From contig OY970363.1 of NCBI GenBank assembly GCA_963718605.1, forward strand, positions 834,257-898,256: a DNA stretch of 64,000 nt, in the 5' to 3' direction. The notes below the pieces were generated by a model that saw only the letters and a list, made by a program, of their open reading frames with translations, made no database searches and had not been told where the DNA came from. A program made the position numbers and the translations under genes. Of this stretch, positions 37,940-47,520 are shown piece after piece. Each line of letters begins with the position of its first letter. Position 1 is the stretch's first letter. Source of the DNA: an uncultured Actinomycetes bacterium (GTDB taxonomy: Bacteria > Actinomycetota > Acidimicrobiia > Acidimicrobiales > JACCXE01).

Positions 37940-38501
37940 GGGCCTGGTCCTCTCCTCGCAGCGGGTACAGCGTTTCCCGGAGCTTGCGGCGGGCCCGGTG
38001 CAGGCGGACCTTGGCGTTTGCCTCGGAAATCCCCAGCTCAGCGGCAATGGCTTCGTGGGGAAGGTCGTAAACATCGCGCAGCACGACTACCGAGCGCAGG
38101 GCATCGGGGAGTTCGCGCAGGGCGTCTTGCAGCCGATCGCGTTCGGCCAGCGCCTCGTTGTGGGCGACGGGGTCGTTCTCCACACGGACGTCTTCGATCA
38201 TCACGTCTTCGTCGAGCACATCATGGCGGTTGCGAGACCGCTTGCTCAGCGAAGTCGAGGCGCAGTTTGCGACGATTCGGTACAGCCACGTCGAAAAAGC
38301 GGCGTCCTCACGGAACTTCTTGATCGACTTGTATGCCCGTAGGTAAGCCTCTTGCACCACGTCTCGCGCGTCCTCTTCATTTCCAACGAGCCGGTAAGCG
38401 AGCGTGTACGCATCAGCGTGGGTTGCCCGAACCAGATCGTCAAAGGCTGAGCGGTCCCCCGCCTTGGCGGCGGCGACCCGTTCAGCCAGATCGGCTGTCA
38501 T
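37929..38501 (-). CDS. ECF (group 4) RNA polymerase sigma factor
   Basis: 190 aa. Region 2 (DVVQEAYLRAYKSIKKFREDAAFSTWLYRIVAN) and region 4 (LPDALRSVVVLRDVYDLPHEAIAAELGISEANAKVRLHRARRKL). Confidence 0.9.
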   Translation of the reverse strand: MTADLAERVAAAKAGDRSAFDDLVRATHADAYTLAYRLVGNEEDARDVVQEAYLRAYKSIKKFREDAAFSTWLYRIVANCASTSLSKRSRNRHDVLDEDVMIEDVRVENDPVAHNEALAERDRLQDALRELPDALRSVVVLRDVYDLPHEAIAAELGISEANAKVRLHRARRKLRETLYPLRGEDQAHAV

Positions 38502-38552
38502 CGGTCTTTCGACCCGCAGCCTGTGGAAAACGTTACGGCGAGCGCCGTCGGA

Positions 38553-38717
38553 CTAACGCGTTTCCTTGTGGGGGGTGTGCTTGCGGTCCCACTTGCAGTA
38601 CTTGTTCATTTCGATGCGCTCGCGGTCGTTGATCTTGTTCTTGACCGTGATGTAGTTACGCCGCTTGCACTCCTCGCAGGCCAGCGTGACCTTGATGCGC
38701 TTTTCATTCCTAGCCAT
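38553..38717 (-). CDS. rpmG: 50S ribosomal protein L33 (54 aa; below the ORF-track cutoff)
   Basis: My translation: [54 protein letters not shown], an L33 with CxxC...C zinc-ribbon cysteines. Confidence 0.9.
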   Translation of the reverse strand: MARNEKRIKVTLACEECKRRNYITVKNKINDRERIEMNKYCKWDRKHTPHKETR

Positions 38718-38742
38718 TGAATTGCTTCCTTCTTGCTTTGAG

Positions 38743-38816
38743 TAGCGGCGGTCAGACTCGAACTGACGACAACACGATTATGAGCCGTGTGCTCTAACCA
38801 CCTGAGCTACGCCGCC
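38743..38816 (-). tRNA. tRNA-Met, elongator type (anticodon CAT)
   Basis: GGCGGCG-TA-GCTC AGGTGGTT AGAGC-A-CACGG CTCATAA TCGTG-TTGTC-GTCAG TTCGAGT CTGAC-CGCCGCT-A. No triple G-C in the anticodon stem, so it is not an initiator. Confidence 0.85.
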
Positions 38817-38833
38817 CTGGTCTTGTTAAACCG

Positions 38834-38906
38834 AGCCCTCTGTCGGAATCGAACCGACGACAACCTCCTTACCATGGAGGTGCTCTACCGACTGAGCTAA
38901 GAGGGC
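38834..38906 (-). tRNA. tRNA-Thr (anticodon GGT)
   Basis: GCCCTCT-TA-GCTC AGTCGGT AGAGC-A-CCTCC ATGGTAA GGAGG-TTGTC-GTCGG TTCGATT CCGAC-AGAGGGC-T. Confidence 0.9.
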
Positions 38907-38986
38907 CTGCCCAGCCGAAGACGTGGGCCGGAGGATTGTAAAGCATCGGTTGCACCTACGGCGATCCGACTTCCTAGGGTTACGTC

Positions 38987-39508
38987 ATGCGGGTGCGGCT
39001 GGCGACGTTGGGTGACGCCGAGGCCATTCGGGCGATTTACAACCCGGAGGTCCTCGAATCGACCGTGACCTTCGACCTGGTCGCGCGCACGCTCGAGGAC
39101 CAGGAGAAGTGGATCGACGAGCACTCGGGCGCTCATCCGGCGATTGTGGCCGTCGAGAACGGGGTGGTCGCGGGGTACGGATCGCTCAGTCCGTACAAGG
39201 AACGGCCCGCCTATCGGACCTCGGTCGAGGACTCCGTTTACGTCCACCGCGGCTGGCAGGGCAAGGGCGTCGGGCGCTTGTTACTCGCCTCGCTGGTCGG
39301 CCTCGCCGCGGACCATGGCTTTCATGCGATCTTCGCCCGCATCGTCGGCGGCCACGACGCCTCGATCGCTGTGCACGAGAAGTGCGGCTTCGAGACGATC
39401 GGCGTCGAGAAGGAAGTCGGGCGGAAGTTCAACCAGTGGTTGGACGTGGTGGTGATGCAAAAGCTCGTCGATCGCAACGACCGTTCAGGCCCGTCCCTCG
39501 GCGACTAG
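38987..39508 (+). CDS. GNAT-family N-acetyltransferase (phosphinothricin-acetyltransferase-like)
   Basis: 173 aa. MRVRLATLGDAEAIRAIYNPEVLESTVTFD... and an acetyl-CoA loop HRGWQGKGVGRLLL. Confidence 0.8.
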   Translation: MRVRLATLGDAEAIRAIYNPEVLESTVTFDLVARTLEDQEKWIDEHSGAHPAIVAVENGVVAGYGSLSPYKERPAYRTSVEDSVYVHRGWQGKGVGRLLLASLVGLAADHGFHAIFARIVGGHDASIAVHEKCGFETIGVEKEVGRKFNQWLDVVVMQKLVDRNDRSGPSLGD

Positions 39509-41317
39509 ACGGTCGAGGGCGCTCGCCGCAAAGTCGTGCGCGGTTCCCGGCTTCGGTAGGCGGCCCTCACGCGCCGCGGTCACGTGCGCGCAGGACGCGA
39601 TGAGGCCCATGTGCGTGAACGCCTGCGGGAAGTTGCCGAGCGCCTCACCCGTGGGCGCATCGGTTTCTTCGGCGAACAGGCCGACGTCGTTGGACAGCCC
39701 GATGAGGCGCTCGAGTAGCTCTTCGGCGTCATGCAGACGGCCTTGGTGCGTGTACACGTCGACGAGCCAGAACGAACAGAGCAGAAACACGCCTTCTTCG
39801 CCCGCAAGCCCGTCGTCGGCTTTGTAGCGCAACAGCAGGCCGTGCGCGCTGAGATCAGCGCGTACCCGCTCGACGGTCGCGACGACGGCCGGGTCGTCGG
39901 CGGGGAGCAGGCCCATCGCGGGCACCAACAGCGCGGCCGCGTCGGCCGCCTGCTCCAACGCGACTGATCCCGCGGCCTGGGGAAGCCAACCGCACCGCTT
40001 GGCCAAGTCCTCGAGGTGCGCGCGCGAGGCGTCGCGCTCGGCGCGCCACGCATCGACGTCACCCTTGAGTTCGCCGGCCTCCACGAGGGCTACTCCGCGG
40101 TCCAGTGCCACCCAACAGTGCAACGTCGAATGTACGAACAGGCGCGGGTCGGCTCGAATTTCCCAGATGCCATGGTCCGGCTCGCGCCAAGCGCGCCCGG
40201 CTACGTCAATGAGGTTGGACAGAAAGCGGCGGTTCAGTTCGCTGAGTGAGCCGCCGCCGCGCACGTACAGCCACGCCGCTTCCACCACCTGCCCGTAGCT
40301 GTCGTGTTGCGATTGTTTGGCCGCACCGTTGCCGATACGCACCGGACGCGAGTCGCGGTGGCCCCGCAGGTGCGTCAGTTCGATCTCAGGTAGATCGGCT
40401 TCGCCGGCGACGCCGTACATGATCTGCAATCGACCCGGCGTGCCTGCCGCAGTTCGCTCGAGCCAAGTCTTGAACGCGTCCGCCTCGGCGCGATAGCCGA
40501 GGATGAACAGCGAGATCAGCGTGACGGTCGCGTCGCGGATCCAGGTGTAGCGGTAGTCCCAGTTGCGCCCACCCCCGATCGCCTCGGGCAACGACGTCGT
40601 GGGCGCGGCCACGACCGCACCTGTCGGCGCGTAGATCAACGCCTTCAACGCGAGCGCGCTGCGGCGGATGCTTTCTTCGTACGCGCCGCGGTAGCTGCAG
40701 CGCGACAACCACTCGCGCCAGAAGCCGATGGTGGTGAGCAGCGCGTTGGCCGCGTCGTGCGCGTCGAGTGCGCCGTCGGCCGATCCCGGCCCGGCGAGAC
40801 GCAACCACACCGACTCCCCCGCCGACAACGACCACGTCGCGCGGTAGCCGTGCTCGGTGGAGGTAAGCGGCAGCGTGGCGGTGGCCGTGACGATGCCGAC
40901 CTGAGACGGGTCCGGTTCGGGCCGGGCGTAGTCGGGTTTGATGGCGATGTCGAGACTCGCCTCGACATGGCCCGACAGGCACCGCAGGCGTCGCAGGATG
41001 TAGTGGCCAGCCTCGACCGCCGCGGGTCGTGTGGGATCGAACGGGGCGACGGGCATGCAGTCGGTGATCTCGAGGTCGCCGTCCATGTTCGACAGGACGG
41101 TGGTGAGCACGTTGGTGTCCGGCACGTACGCGCGGCTCGATGAACTCTGATGGTCCACCCGGATGGTGCAGTGGCCGGCGTCGGGATCGAGAATGCGGCC
41201 GAAGACCGACGGGGAGTCGAAGCGCTGCGGGCACCACCAGTCGATCGACGCGTCGCGCGCGACGAGGGCGACGGTGTGACAGTCCCCGATGACCGCGTAG
41301 TCAGAAATGCGGGCCAC
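39485..41317 (-). CDS. Glycoside hydrolase family 15 (glucoamylase/trehalase-like)
   Basis: 610 aa. N-terminus ARISDYAVIGDCHTVALVARDASIDWWCPQRFDSPSVFGRILD and NWDYRYTWIRDA, typical of GH15. GTG start 11 nt after the kinase stop. Confidence 0.85.
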   Translation of the reverse strand: MARISDYAVIGDCHTVALVARDASIDWWCPQRFDSPSVFGRILDPDAGHCTIRVDHQSSSSRAYVPDTNVLTTVLSNMDGDLEITDCMPVAPFDPTRPAAVEAGHYILRRLRCLSGHVEASLDIAIKPDYARPEPDPSQVGIVTATATLPLTSTEHGYRATWSLSAGESVWLRLAGPGSADGALDAHDAANALLTTIGFWREWLSRCSYRGAYEESIRRSALALKALIYAPTGAVVAAPTTSLPEAIGGGRNWDYRYTWIRDATVTLISLFILGYRAEADAFKTWLERTAAGTPGRLQIMYGVAGEADLPEIELTHLRGHRDSRPVRIGNGAAKQSQHDSYGQVVEAAWLYVRGGGSLSELNRRFLSNLIDVAGRAWREPDHGIWEIRADPRLFVHSTLHCWVALDRGVALVEAGELKGDVDAWRAERDASRAHLEDLAKRCGWLPQAAGSVALEQAADAAALLVPAMGLLPADDPAVVATVERVRADLSAHGLLLRYKADDGLAGEEGVFLLCSFWLVDVYTHQGRLHDAEELLERLIGLSNDVGLFAEETDAPTGEALGNFPQAFTHMGLIASCAHVTAAREGRLPKPGTAHDFAASALDRLVAEGRA

Positions 41318-41328
41318 GGCGTGTGACT

Positions 41329-43485
41329 TTAGGAGGCGTTAAGCGGAACCCAGCCAGTGACGGTCGTGCCGACGCCGGGCTGTGACGTGACCTTGAGCCA
41401 ACCGTCAAGGGACTCCAACCGGTCGGCCATGTTGCGCGTGCCCATGCCCGCTTTGACGTCCGCGCTCTCAAACCCGCAGCCGGTGTCGACAATGTCGAGC
41501 CGCAGTCCACCATCGACCTCGCGCAAGGTGGCAGTAACCGAGCAATTGCCGGCGTACTTCGCCGCGTTCTGGAACGCCTCGAGACAGCAGAAGTAGACGG
41601 CGGCTTCGAGGTCTTGGGAGTAGCGCTGCACCTCCGCGTCGACCTCGATGTCGAGCGTTGACTTGCGCGCCTGCGCGTTGAGCGCGACGCGCAATCCCTC
41701 GGCCGCGAGCAGCGGGGGGTAGATGCCGCGCGCGAGATCGCGCAGGCTCTCGACCGCGTCGCCAGTTTGGTCTTTGAGTTGTGCCAACAGTTCGAGCAGC
41801 GGTTCGGTGTCGCCCTCGAGTTCGTCGGCCATGTCCTCGGCCATCGACAGCTTCACCTTCAGGGCGACCAGTTCTTGTTGCGCGCCGTCGTGCAGGTTGC
41901 GCTCGAGACGCCGCCGCTCCTCGTCGCCCGCGGCCACGATGCGTTGGCGTGACGCCCGCAGTTCTTCGAGGCGGGCACGCAGCTCGGCCGTGAGCCGCAT
42001 GTTCCGGAGCACGAGGCCGGCCTGGCGGCCGAGGTCCGCCATGAGTTTTTCCTCGGTGGGCGTGAGGGCTTCGGTGTTGCTCTTCGCGACAGACAGCGCC
42101 CCGTACAACTCGCCTTGATGACGCACGGCCACGGCGTTTGCGACGTTGTGTATCCACGGGATCTCTGGCCCGACGATCGCCAGCGGTTTGAGCTCAGGAT
42201 GTCCGCTCTCGGGCCACGTAGCGGTTGGGCGCAGTTCGCCGTCGACCGCGAGCCAAACGTCGGCGCGTACGGCGCCGGTGCCCTCGCCCAGCACACGCGC
42301 CATGCGGCTGAGCAGTTCTTCGCTCGCCACTGAGTCCGCGACGCGTTCGGAGAATTCCGACAGCACTTCGTAGGGAGTGGCGCGGTGCCCGTAGACAATG
42401 CGATTCGCGAGCCGCTCCATGCGACCTTTCGCCGGTTCGAAGGCGACCGCGATGATGAAGGTCGCGGCGACGGACAACGGGACGTTGCCGTTGGTGCCGG
42501 CGCCGAGCACGCCTCCCACACCGACGACGACGCCGATGTACACGGCCGAGACGAAGCCGGCGAGCGCGCCGTACACGAGCGTGCGGGTGACAAGCGTGTC
42601 GACAGAGAACAGCCGGTAGCGGAAGATTCCCGCGAACAACGCGAGCGGCACGATCGTGAGTGCCACCTGGAATACCCGGTACAGCGTGAGCGGCACGGTC
42701 TGGATGCCCCGGCCTTCGAACACAGGCTGGTTCGCGTTTTGCACGCCCCGCGCCACCGCGACCACGCCGATCAACACGGCGACGGTGAGCGCGAGCACCA
42801 GCAGACGCGACAGCTGGCGGTGCGTGGCCGTCGCGGGATGGCGATAGCGATAGGCCTGGGCGGCCAAGCCGATCAACGGCACGCCGAGACCGAAGACCGT
42901 CACCAGCGCGGTGGCGCGTCCGGAACCGGACTTGTTCAACGCGAGCGCGGCGAGGCCCACGGCGACAGCCGCGTAGAGCAGCAAGCGCTTGCCCCAGGAC
43001 CACATCGGCACCAGACGCCCATCCGGGAATGCCACCACGGCGAAGGCGTAGAGCAAGGCGGTGCCGACCACGAACGTGTCGTGCGACCCCGCTTGCCAGG
43101 TGCTCGCCGGCACGGCGTCGTACACGGTGTGCGCGCCGAGGTTGCAGACCGCCGCCGTGCCCACAAGCGCGAACGCCAGCAACGGCCCGGCGACGTCGCG
43201 GGGACGCAGCCACGCAAGAAAGCCGGCCAAGCCGAGGTTTACAAAACTGAACGCCAGGTCGAGGCCGAACTGCGGACCGCTCTGCGCCGCCCGCGAAGCG
43301 TCGGCCACACGGTTCGCGACGTCGCCGGCGAAGGTGGGATTGAGGCCAATCTCGCGAAGCTGCTCGAGGAAGCTGCGCGAGTACGACGCGACCTGCGCGG
43401 CGACGCCGAGGCCGATCAGGACGACGGAGACAAGGAACAGGGCCACGAAAAGGACGCGCATGAGCAGCAGTGCGCGCGGGGGCAT
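41329..43485 (-). CDS. Multi-TM sensor histidine kinase (GAF-like + HisKA_3 + HATPase_c, NarX/LiaS class)
   Basis: From ATG 43485 (MPPRALLLMRVLFVALF...). About 10 hydrophobic spans, then ERRRLERNLHDGAQQELVALKVKL (HisKA_3 H-box) and a C-terminal ATPase with DTGCGF...GMGTRNM. The 992-aa track ORF over-extends upstream. Confidence 0.85.
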   Translation of the reverse strand: MPPRALLLMRVLFVALFLVSVVLIGLGVAAQVASYSRSFLEQLREIGLNPTFAGDVANRVADASRAAQSGPQFGLDLAFSFVNLGLAGFLAWLRPRDVAGPLLAFALVGTAAVCNLGAHTVYDAVPASTWQAGSHDTFVVGTALLYAFAVVAFPDGRLVPMWSWGKRLLLYAAVAVGLAALALNKSGSGRATALVTVFGLGVPLIGLAAQAYRYRHPATATHRQLSRLLVLALTVAVLIGVVAVARGVQNANQPVFEGRGIQTVPLTLYRVFQVALTIVPLALFAGIFRYRLFSVDTLVTRTLVYGALAGFVSAVYIGVVVGVGGVLGAGTNGNVPLSVAATFIIAVAFEPAKGRMERLANRIVYGHRATPYEVLSEFSERVADSVASEELLSRMARVLGEGTGAVRADVWLAVDGELRPTATWPESGHPELKPLAIVGPEIPWIHNVANAVAVRHQGELYGALSVAKSNTEALTPTEEKLMADLGRQAGLVLRNMRLTAELRARLEELRASRQRIVAAGDEERRRLERNLHDGAQQELVALKVKLSMAEDMADELEGDTEPLLELLAQLKDQTGDAVESLRDLARGIYPPLLAAEGLRVALNAQARKSTLDIEVDAEVQRYSQDLEAAVYFCCLEAFQNAAKYAGNCSVTATLREVDGGLRLDIVDTGCGFESADVKAGMGTRNMADRLESLDGWLKVTSQPGVGTTVTGWVPLNAS

Positions 43486-43547
43486 CTGCAGCACTGCGAG
43501 GGGAGGTGGCTCCTCCTGGGGAGGAGCCTCGGCGAGGGCGGTGGCGG

Positions 43548-44750
43548 CTACGAGACCACGACCTTTCCGATCATGCCGGGGTGGACCAGACATGCATAGG
43601 GGTAGGTACCGCGTTTCGTGAACGTGACGCCGAACGTGTCGCCGGTGTTGAAGCCGATTCCGGACGACTTGAGCCCGCCGGAACCGTCGAATGTGCCTGC
43701 GTCGAGCGCGACGCGCTCGGCACTGACGGCTGGGTAGCCCTTGTGACCCGGTGGAACGCCGGGCCATCCGCCGGCGGGTTTGTCCAGGCCTTCGGCGGCC
43801 ACGATCTCGCCGTCGTCTCTCTGCCGGAACAGGGGCGTGAACGCCGGCACGTTGAACGAAATCGTGTGATTCCCGACGAAGGTCCATGTGACGCGCTCGC
43901 CCACCACCGCGTTGATTGTGCGCGGAGTGAATTCGTTGATCTCCGCCGCGATCCCCTGGGTTGACGGGTCTCCCGAACCCGCCAGGTTGCCGTCGTAGAC
44001 CGACGTGCCTGCCCGCTCCTTCCGGTACTCGGCAAGTAGCGGCGCGGCGATGGTCTTGGCCTCCTCGCGACCGATCTCGTTGATCTCGCGCTGTGGGAGG
44101 ACGTTGGCCGTCTTCGAGACTGTGACGAAACCCGACATCGTGAGCCCGTGCAGGTTGCAGTAGTAGAAGTACGTGCCGGGCCGCGCGTCGTCGGCGACCT
44201 TCATGTCGAACGCGTTCGCGCCGTCGCCTTCGGGACGGATCAAGCCGCTCGAGTAATACGCGTGGGTGCCGTCGAACTCCGGTTGCACCTGATCCGCCTT
44301 CGCACACGCCGCGTGGTCGAGCGGTAATTCGTCGATTGACTTCACGTAGCAGGGCTGCGCCGCGTCTTGACCAATCTGACGGTTCGCTCGAAAGAACGTC
44401 GGCAACTGCGTCGAGAAGAACCCCGCGTCGAACTCGGTAGGTGTGTTCCTGACGCGCTCGCCGTTGGGCGTGTGCTGGAGGAGTTGGAGCACCGGCTTGA
44501 TCTTTTCGTCTAGCGCACTACCGAAGGTGACCGAATGCGGCGCGCCCGTCCACGTTTGATGGAACTTGAGCGTCATCCCCGGGCGCACCGTGACGCTGCG
44601 CGGAAAGTAACTGAGAAACGATCCCGCGAAGTCGTCGAAGTTGTAATCAACCTCGATAGTGCGCGCGCCACTGTCGCCGCTGGAGCAGCCCGCCAAGTTC
44701 AAAGCGGATACGGCCAGGCACGCAACGACGACAGCGGCGCGGCACCTCAA
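43548..44750 (-). CDS. Two-domain cupredoxin (type-1 copper) lipoprotein, paralog A
   Basis: TTG 44750 overlaps the upstream stop (TTGA). Signal/lipobox RCRAAVVVACLAVSALNLAGC. Ligand sets are APHSVTF...YYCNLHGLTMSG and GNHTISF...YACLVHPGMIG. Confidence 0.7.
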   Translation of the reverse strand: MRCRAAVVVACLAVSALNLAGCSSGDSGARTIEVDYNFDDFAGSFLSYFPRSVTVRPGMTLKFHQTWTGAPHSVTFGSALDEKIKPVLQLLQHTPNGERVRNTPTEFDAGFFSTQLPTFFRANRQIGQDAAQPCYVKSIDELPLDHAACAKADQVQPEFDGTHAYYSSGLIRPEGDGANAFDMKVADDARPGTYFYYCNLHGLTMSGFVTVSKTANVLPQREINEIGREEAKTIAAPLLAEYRKERAGTSVYDGNLAGSGDPSTQGIAAEINEFTPRTINAVVGERVTWTFVGNHTISFNVPAFTPLFRQRDDGEIVAAEGLDKPAGGWPGVPPGHKGYPAVSAERVALDAGTFDGSGGLKSSGIGFNTGDTFGVTFTKRGTYPYACLVHPGMIGKVVVS

Positions 44751-45964
44751 CTCACGACGACCTTGCCGATCATGCCCGGGTGAATCAGGCAGGCGTAGGG
44801 ATAGGTGCCCTTCTTCGAGAACGTGACGGTGTAGGTGTCGCCCGTGTTCCAGCCGGTGCCGCTGCTGTGTATGCCGCCGGTGCCGTCCCAGGTGCCAGCG
44901 TCGACGTGCACGGGTGGCGGCGGCGGCCCTTCGCCGTGCTGGTCGCTCTCGGGTGCGCCGGGCCACCCGCCCTTGGACTTGTCGAGGCTTTCGTTGAATC
45001 CGAACACACCCTTTTTGTCGAACTTGAAGATCGGGGTGTACGGCGGCACGTTGAAGGTGAGTGTGTGGTCACCGATGAAGGTCCACGTCACCGGTTTGCC
45101 CGCGGCCGTGTTGATCGTGCGGGGCGTGAACTCGAGGATGGCGCCTTCGAGTTGCTCGGTTGCGTCGTTACCCGAGCCCGCGAGGTTGCCCTTGAACAGA
45201 CCGTTGCCCGCGAGTTCTTTCTTGTGCACCGCGAGAATGGGCTTGAGGGTCTTGTCTGCTTCGGCTTTGCCCCGACGATTGATCGATGCCTGTGACTCCA
45301 CCTTGGCGTCCTTCTGGACGGTGATGTGTCCGGACATCAACACGCCGTGCACGTTGCAGTAATAGAAGTACTTGCCCTCTTTGGCGGTGTCCGCGATCTT
45401 CATCTCGAACGAGTTCCCACGCGAACCTTCGAACGGGATGAACCCGCTGGAGTAGTACGCCTGTTTCCCGTTGAATTCGGGCTGCTTCTGTTGCGCCTTC
45501 GTGCACGCCTTGTCCTTCAACGGCAGGTCCGACTCCTTATCGACATAACAGGGATACGCCGCGTCCTGGCCCAACTGGTCGCCTTCACCGAACAGCGACG
45601 GCAATTTCTCGTCCCACACCTCGGCGTCGTATTCGGCCGGCGGTTCATCGGGCGTGGTGGAGGGGTCGGCAAGGTAGCCGTCGATCAGTTTGTCGAGCGG
45701 GGCGATGGCTTTGTCTGCGATCGTGCCCATGGAAACCGAGTGCGGTTCACCGTTCCACGTCTGGTGGAACTTGAGCGTCATCCCCGGCGTCACCGTTACG
45801 TCGCGCGGGTAGTAACCGAGGAACACGCCCGCCGCCTCGTCGGTGCGATAGTCGACCTCGATCGTGCGGGAGCTGTCACCGCTACCTCCGCACGCCGCAA
45901 CGCCCATGAACGCAAGCGCACCCGCGAGCACGCCAATCTTAAATTTCCGAATCCCCAACTTCAC
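44747..45964 (-). CDS. Two-domain cupredoxin (type-1 copper) lipoprotein, paralog B
   Basis: GTG 45964 follows a GGGAGG SD and overlaps the upstream stop (GTGA). Lipobox LAFMGVAAC. Ligand sets are EPHSVSM...YYCNVHGVLMSG and GDHTLTF...YACLIHPGMIG. Confidence 0.7.
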   Translation of the reverse strand: MKLGIRKFKIGVLAGALAFMGVAACGGSGDSSRTIEVDYRTDEAAGVFLGYYPRDVTVTPGMTLKFHQTWNGEPHSVSMGTIADKAIAPLDKLIDGYLADPSTTPDEPPAEYDAEVWDEKLPSLFGEGDQLGQDAAYPCYVDKESDLPLKDKACTKAQQKQPEFNGKQAYYSSGFIPFEGSRGNSFEMKIADTAKEGKYFYYCNVHGVLMSGHITVQKDAKVESQASINRRGKAEADKTLKPILAVHKKELAGNGLFKGNLAGSGNDATEQLEGAILEFTPRTINTAAGKPVTWTFIGDHTLTFNVPPYTPIFKFDKKGVFGFNESLDKSKGGWPGAPESDQHGEGPPPPPVHVDAGTWDGTGGIHSSGTGWNTGDTYTVTFSKKGTYPYACLIHPGMIGKVVVS

Positions 45965-47520
45965 CGTGACCTCCCTGTCAACGATCGATGGTGCAGCACA
46001 CGCTGAGCACAGTTTCGCCCGCCCATGCCGTGAACGGCGCCACCGGGATGTGACGACGCGGAACAGATGTACAAACCCTTGATAGGGGTGTTGTAGCGGA
46101 ACCAGCCCCGCACGGGCCGGAACACCAGTTGCTGATGTAGCGCCATGCTGCCGCCGGCGAGATCGCCGTCGACCAAGTTCGGATTGCGGCGCTCCAGATC
46201 GGGCGGCGTGTGCACCGCATGCCCGACGATGTGCTCGCGCAATCCAGGTGCGAAGGTCGCGACGCGGTCGATGACGCGATCCCGAAACCCATCCGCACAT
46301 TCGCTCCACCTACTGTCGCGTGGTCGCGGCGGCACGTGGGTTTCGATCCACAGGGTTGACGCGCCCGCGGGCGCGCGCGTGGGATCGGCGATGCATTGTT
46401 GGCCGATCACGAGCAAGGGATCGGTCGGTAGCAGTCCGGCCGCGATCTCGCCCGACGCCCGCGCCATATCGCCCGGCGTGCCGACCATGTGAATGACGCC
46501 GGTTCTCGCGAATTCAGCCTCGAGCCACTCAGCCGGGCGATCCAACGCGAGATCCAGCTTGAAGATGCCTGACCCGGGACGAAACCAGCGCAGCGAGGAC
46601 ACGAACTCGGGCGGCAATTCGTCCTCGGTGACGAGCGTGCCGAACAGGCGGCGGGCGTGCGTGTCGGCGACCACGGCGCGCGACGCGGAGAAGGAGCGCC
46701 CGTCGTCGGTCTCGACGCCGACCGCCTTGCCGCCACGCACGATGACGCGCGCCACGGATGCGTTGGTAACGATGGTCGCGCCCGCCTCGGTGGCCGCGGC
46801 CGCCAGACCTTCGGCCAACTTGCCGGCGCCGCCCACCGGCACGGGCATGTTCTTGGTCTGGGCGATCATCGCGAGAATCAGGGCACCCGGCGTGCTTCCT
46901 GCCGCGGTGACTGACAGGTCGGCGTGGCTCGCCCCGCCGCAGACCAACGATTGCGCCTCGGTCGACACGAAGCGGTTCGCGGCGAGCGCCTCGATCGGCG
47001 CCAGCATCATCTGCGCTAACTCCAGGCCACCTTTGATCTTTGCTGCCCGTCCTACGCGTAGTGCCGGCTTCATCGCCCCGAGCGGCGCCAACATCATCGA
47101 GAAGAAGTACTGCCCGACCTTCTCCCACCACTGTGTGAGGTCGCGCCACGCATCACCGTCGGGTGCCGCGATCTCGCCCAAGCGACGAGCTGTTTCGTTC
47201 GGATCCGCGTATCCGAGCGCCGAGCGCCCCGGTGCGATCGCCGACGCGTACGGAATGTCGAACGTCGCCCACTCGACGCGGCGGCCGAGGTCGAGCTCCG
47301 CGAAGACGGGCGAGGCGTGCAGCAGTCCATAGAACGCGGAGAACGTGTCGTGGACGTACCCGGGAACTGTGAGCTCCTCGGACGCGATCGCGCCACCCGC
47401 CACGGGGTTGCGCTCAAGCACGGTCACCGACCACCCGGCGCGCGCGAGCATCGTCGCGGCTACGAGGCCGTTGGGCCCCGAACCGATGACGATCGCGTCG
47501 GACTGATCGGCGCCGCTCAC
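45961..47520 (-). CDS. FAD/NAD(P)-dependent oxidoreductase, phytoene-desaturase (CrtI)-like family
   Basis: 519 aa. DAIVIGSGPNGLVAATMLARAGWSVTVLERNPVAGG dinucleotide-binding N-terminus. No signal peptide. Confidence 0.8.
   Translation of the reverse strand: MSGADQSDAIVIGSGPNGLVAATMLARAGWSVTVLERNPVAGGAIASEELTVPGYVHDTFSAFYGLLHASPVFAELDLGRRVEWATFDIPYASAIAPGRSALGYADPNETARRLGEIAAPDGDAWRDLTQWWEKVGQYFFSMMLAPLGAMKPALRVGRAAKIKGGLELAQMMLAPIEALAANRFVSTEAQSLVCGGASHADLSVTAAGSTPGALILAMIAQTKNMPVPVGGAGKLAEGLAAAATEAGATIVTNASVARVIVRGGKAVGVETDDGRSFSASRAVVADTHARRLFGTLVTEDELPPEFVSSLRWFRPGSGIFKLDLALDRPAEWLEAEFARTGVIHMVGTPGDMARASGEIAAGLLPTDPLLVIGQQCIADPTRAPAGASTLWIETHVPPRPRDSRWSECADGFRDRVIDRVATFAPGLREHIVGHAVHTPPDLERRNPNLVDGDLAGGSMALHQQLVFRPVRGWFRYNTPIKGLYICSASSHPGGAVHGMGGRNCAQRVLHHRSLTGRSR

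Noticed and set aside
38743-38816. tRNA with CAT anticodon as the initiator tRNA-fMet
   Set aside because: The anticodon stem lacks the three consecutive G-C pairs. The 1:72 position is a G-U pair rather than the C-A mismatch of bacterial initiators. Called elongator Met; a lysidine-modified tRNA-Ile2 cannot be excluded from sequence alone.
41329-44307. Track ORF of 992 aa suggesting one giant kinase; similar N-terminal over-extensions occur at 22472..23779, 13195..15102, 3166..4461, 55357..56505 and 56777..58894
   Set aside because: The upstream parts overlap the preceding well-supported genes in another frame and are Arg-rich nonsense. Internal starts that give canonical N-termini, SD sequences or stop/start overlaps were preferred.
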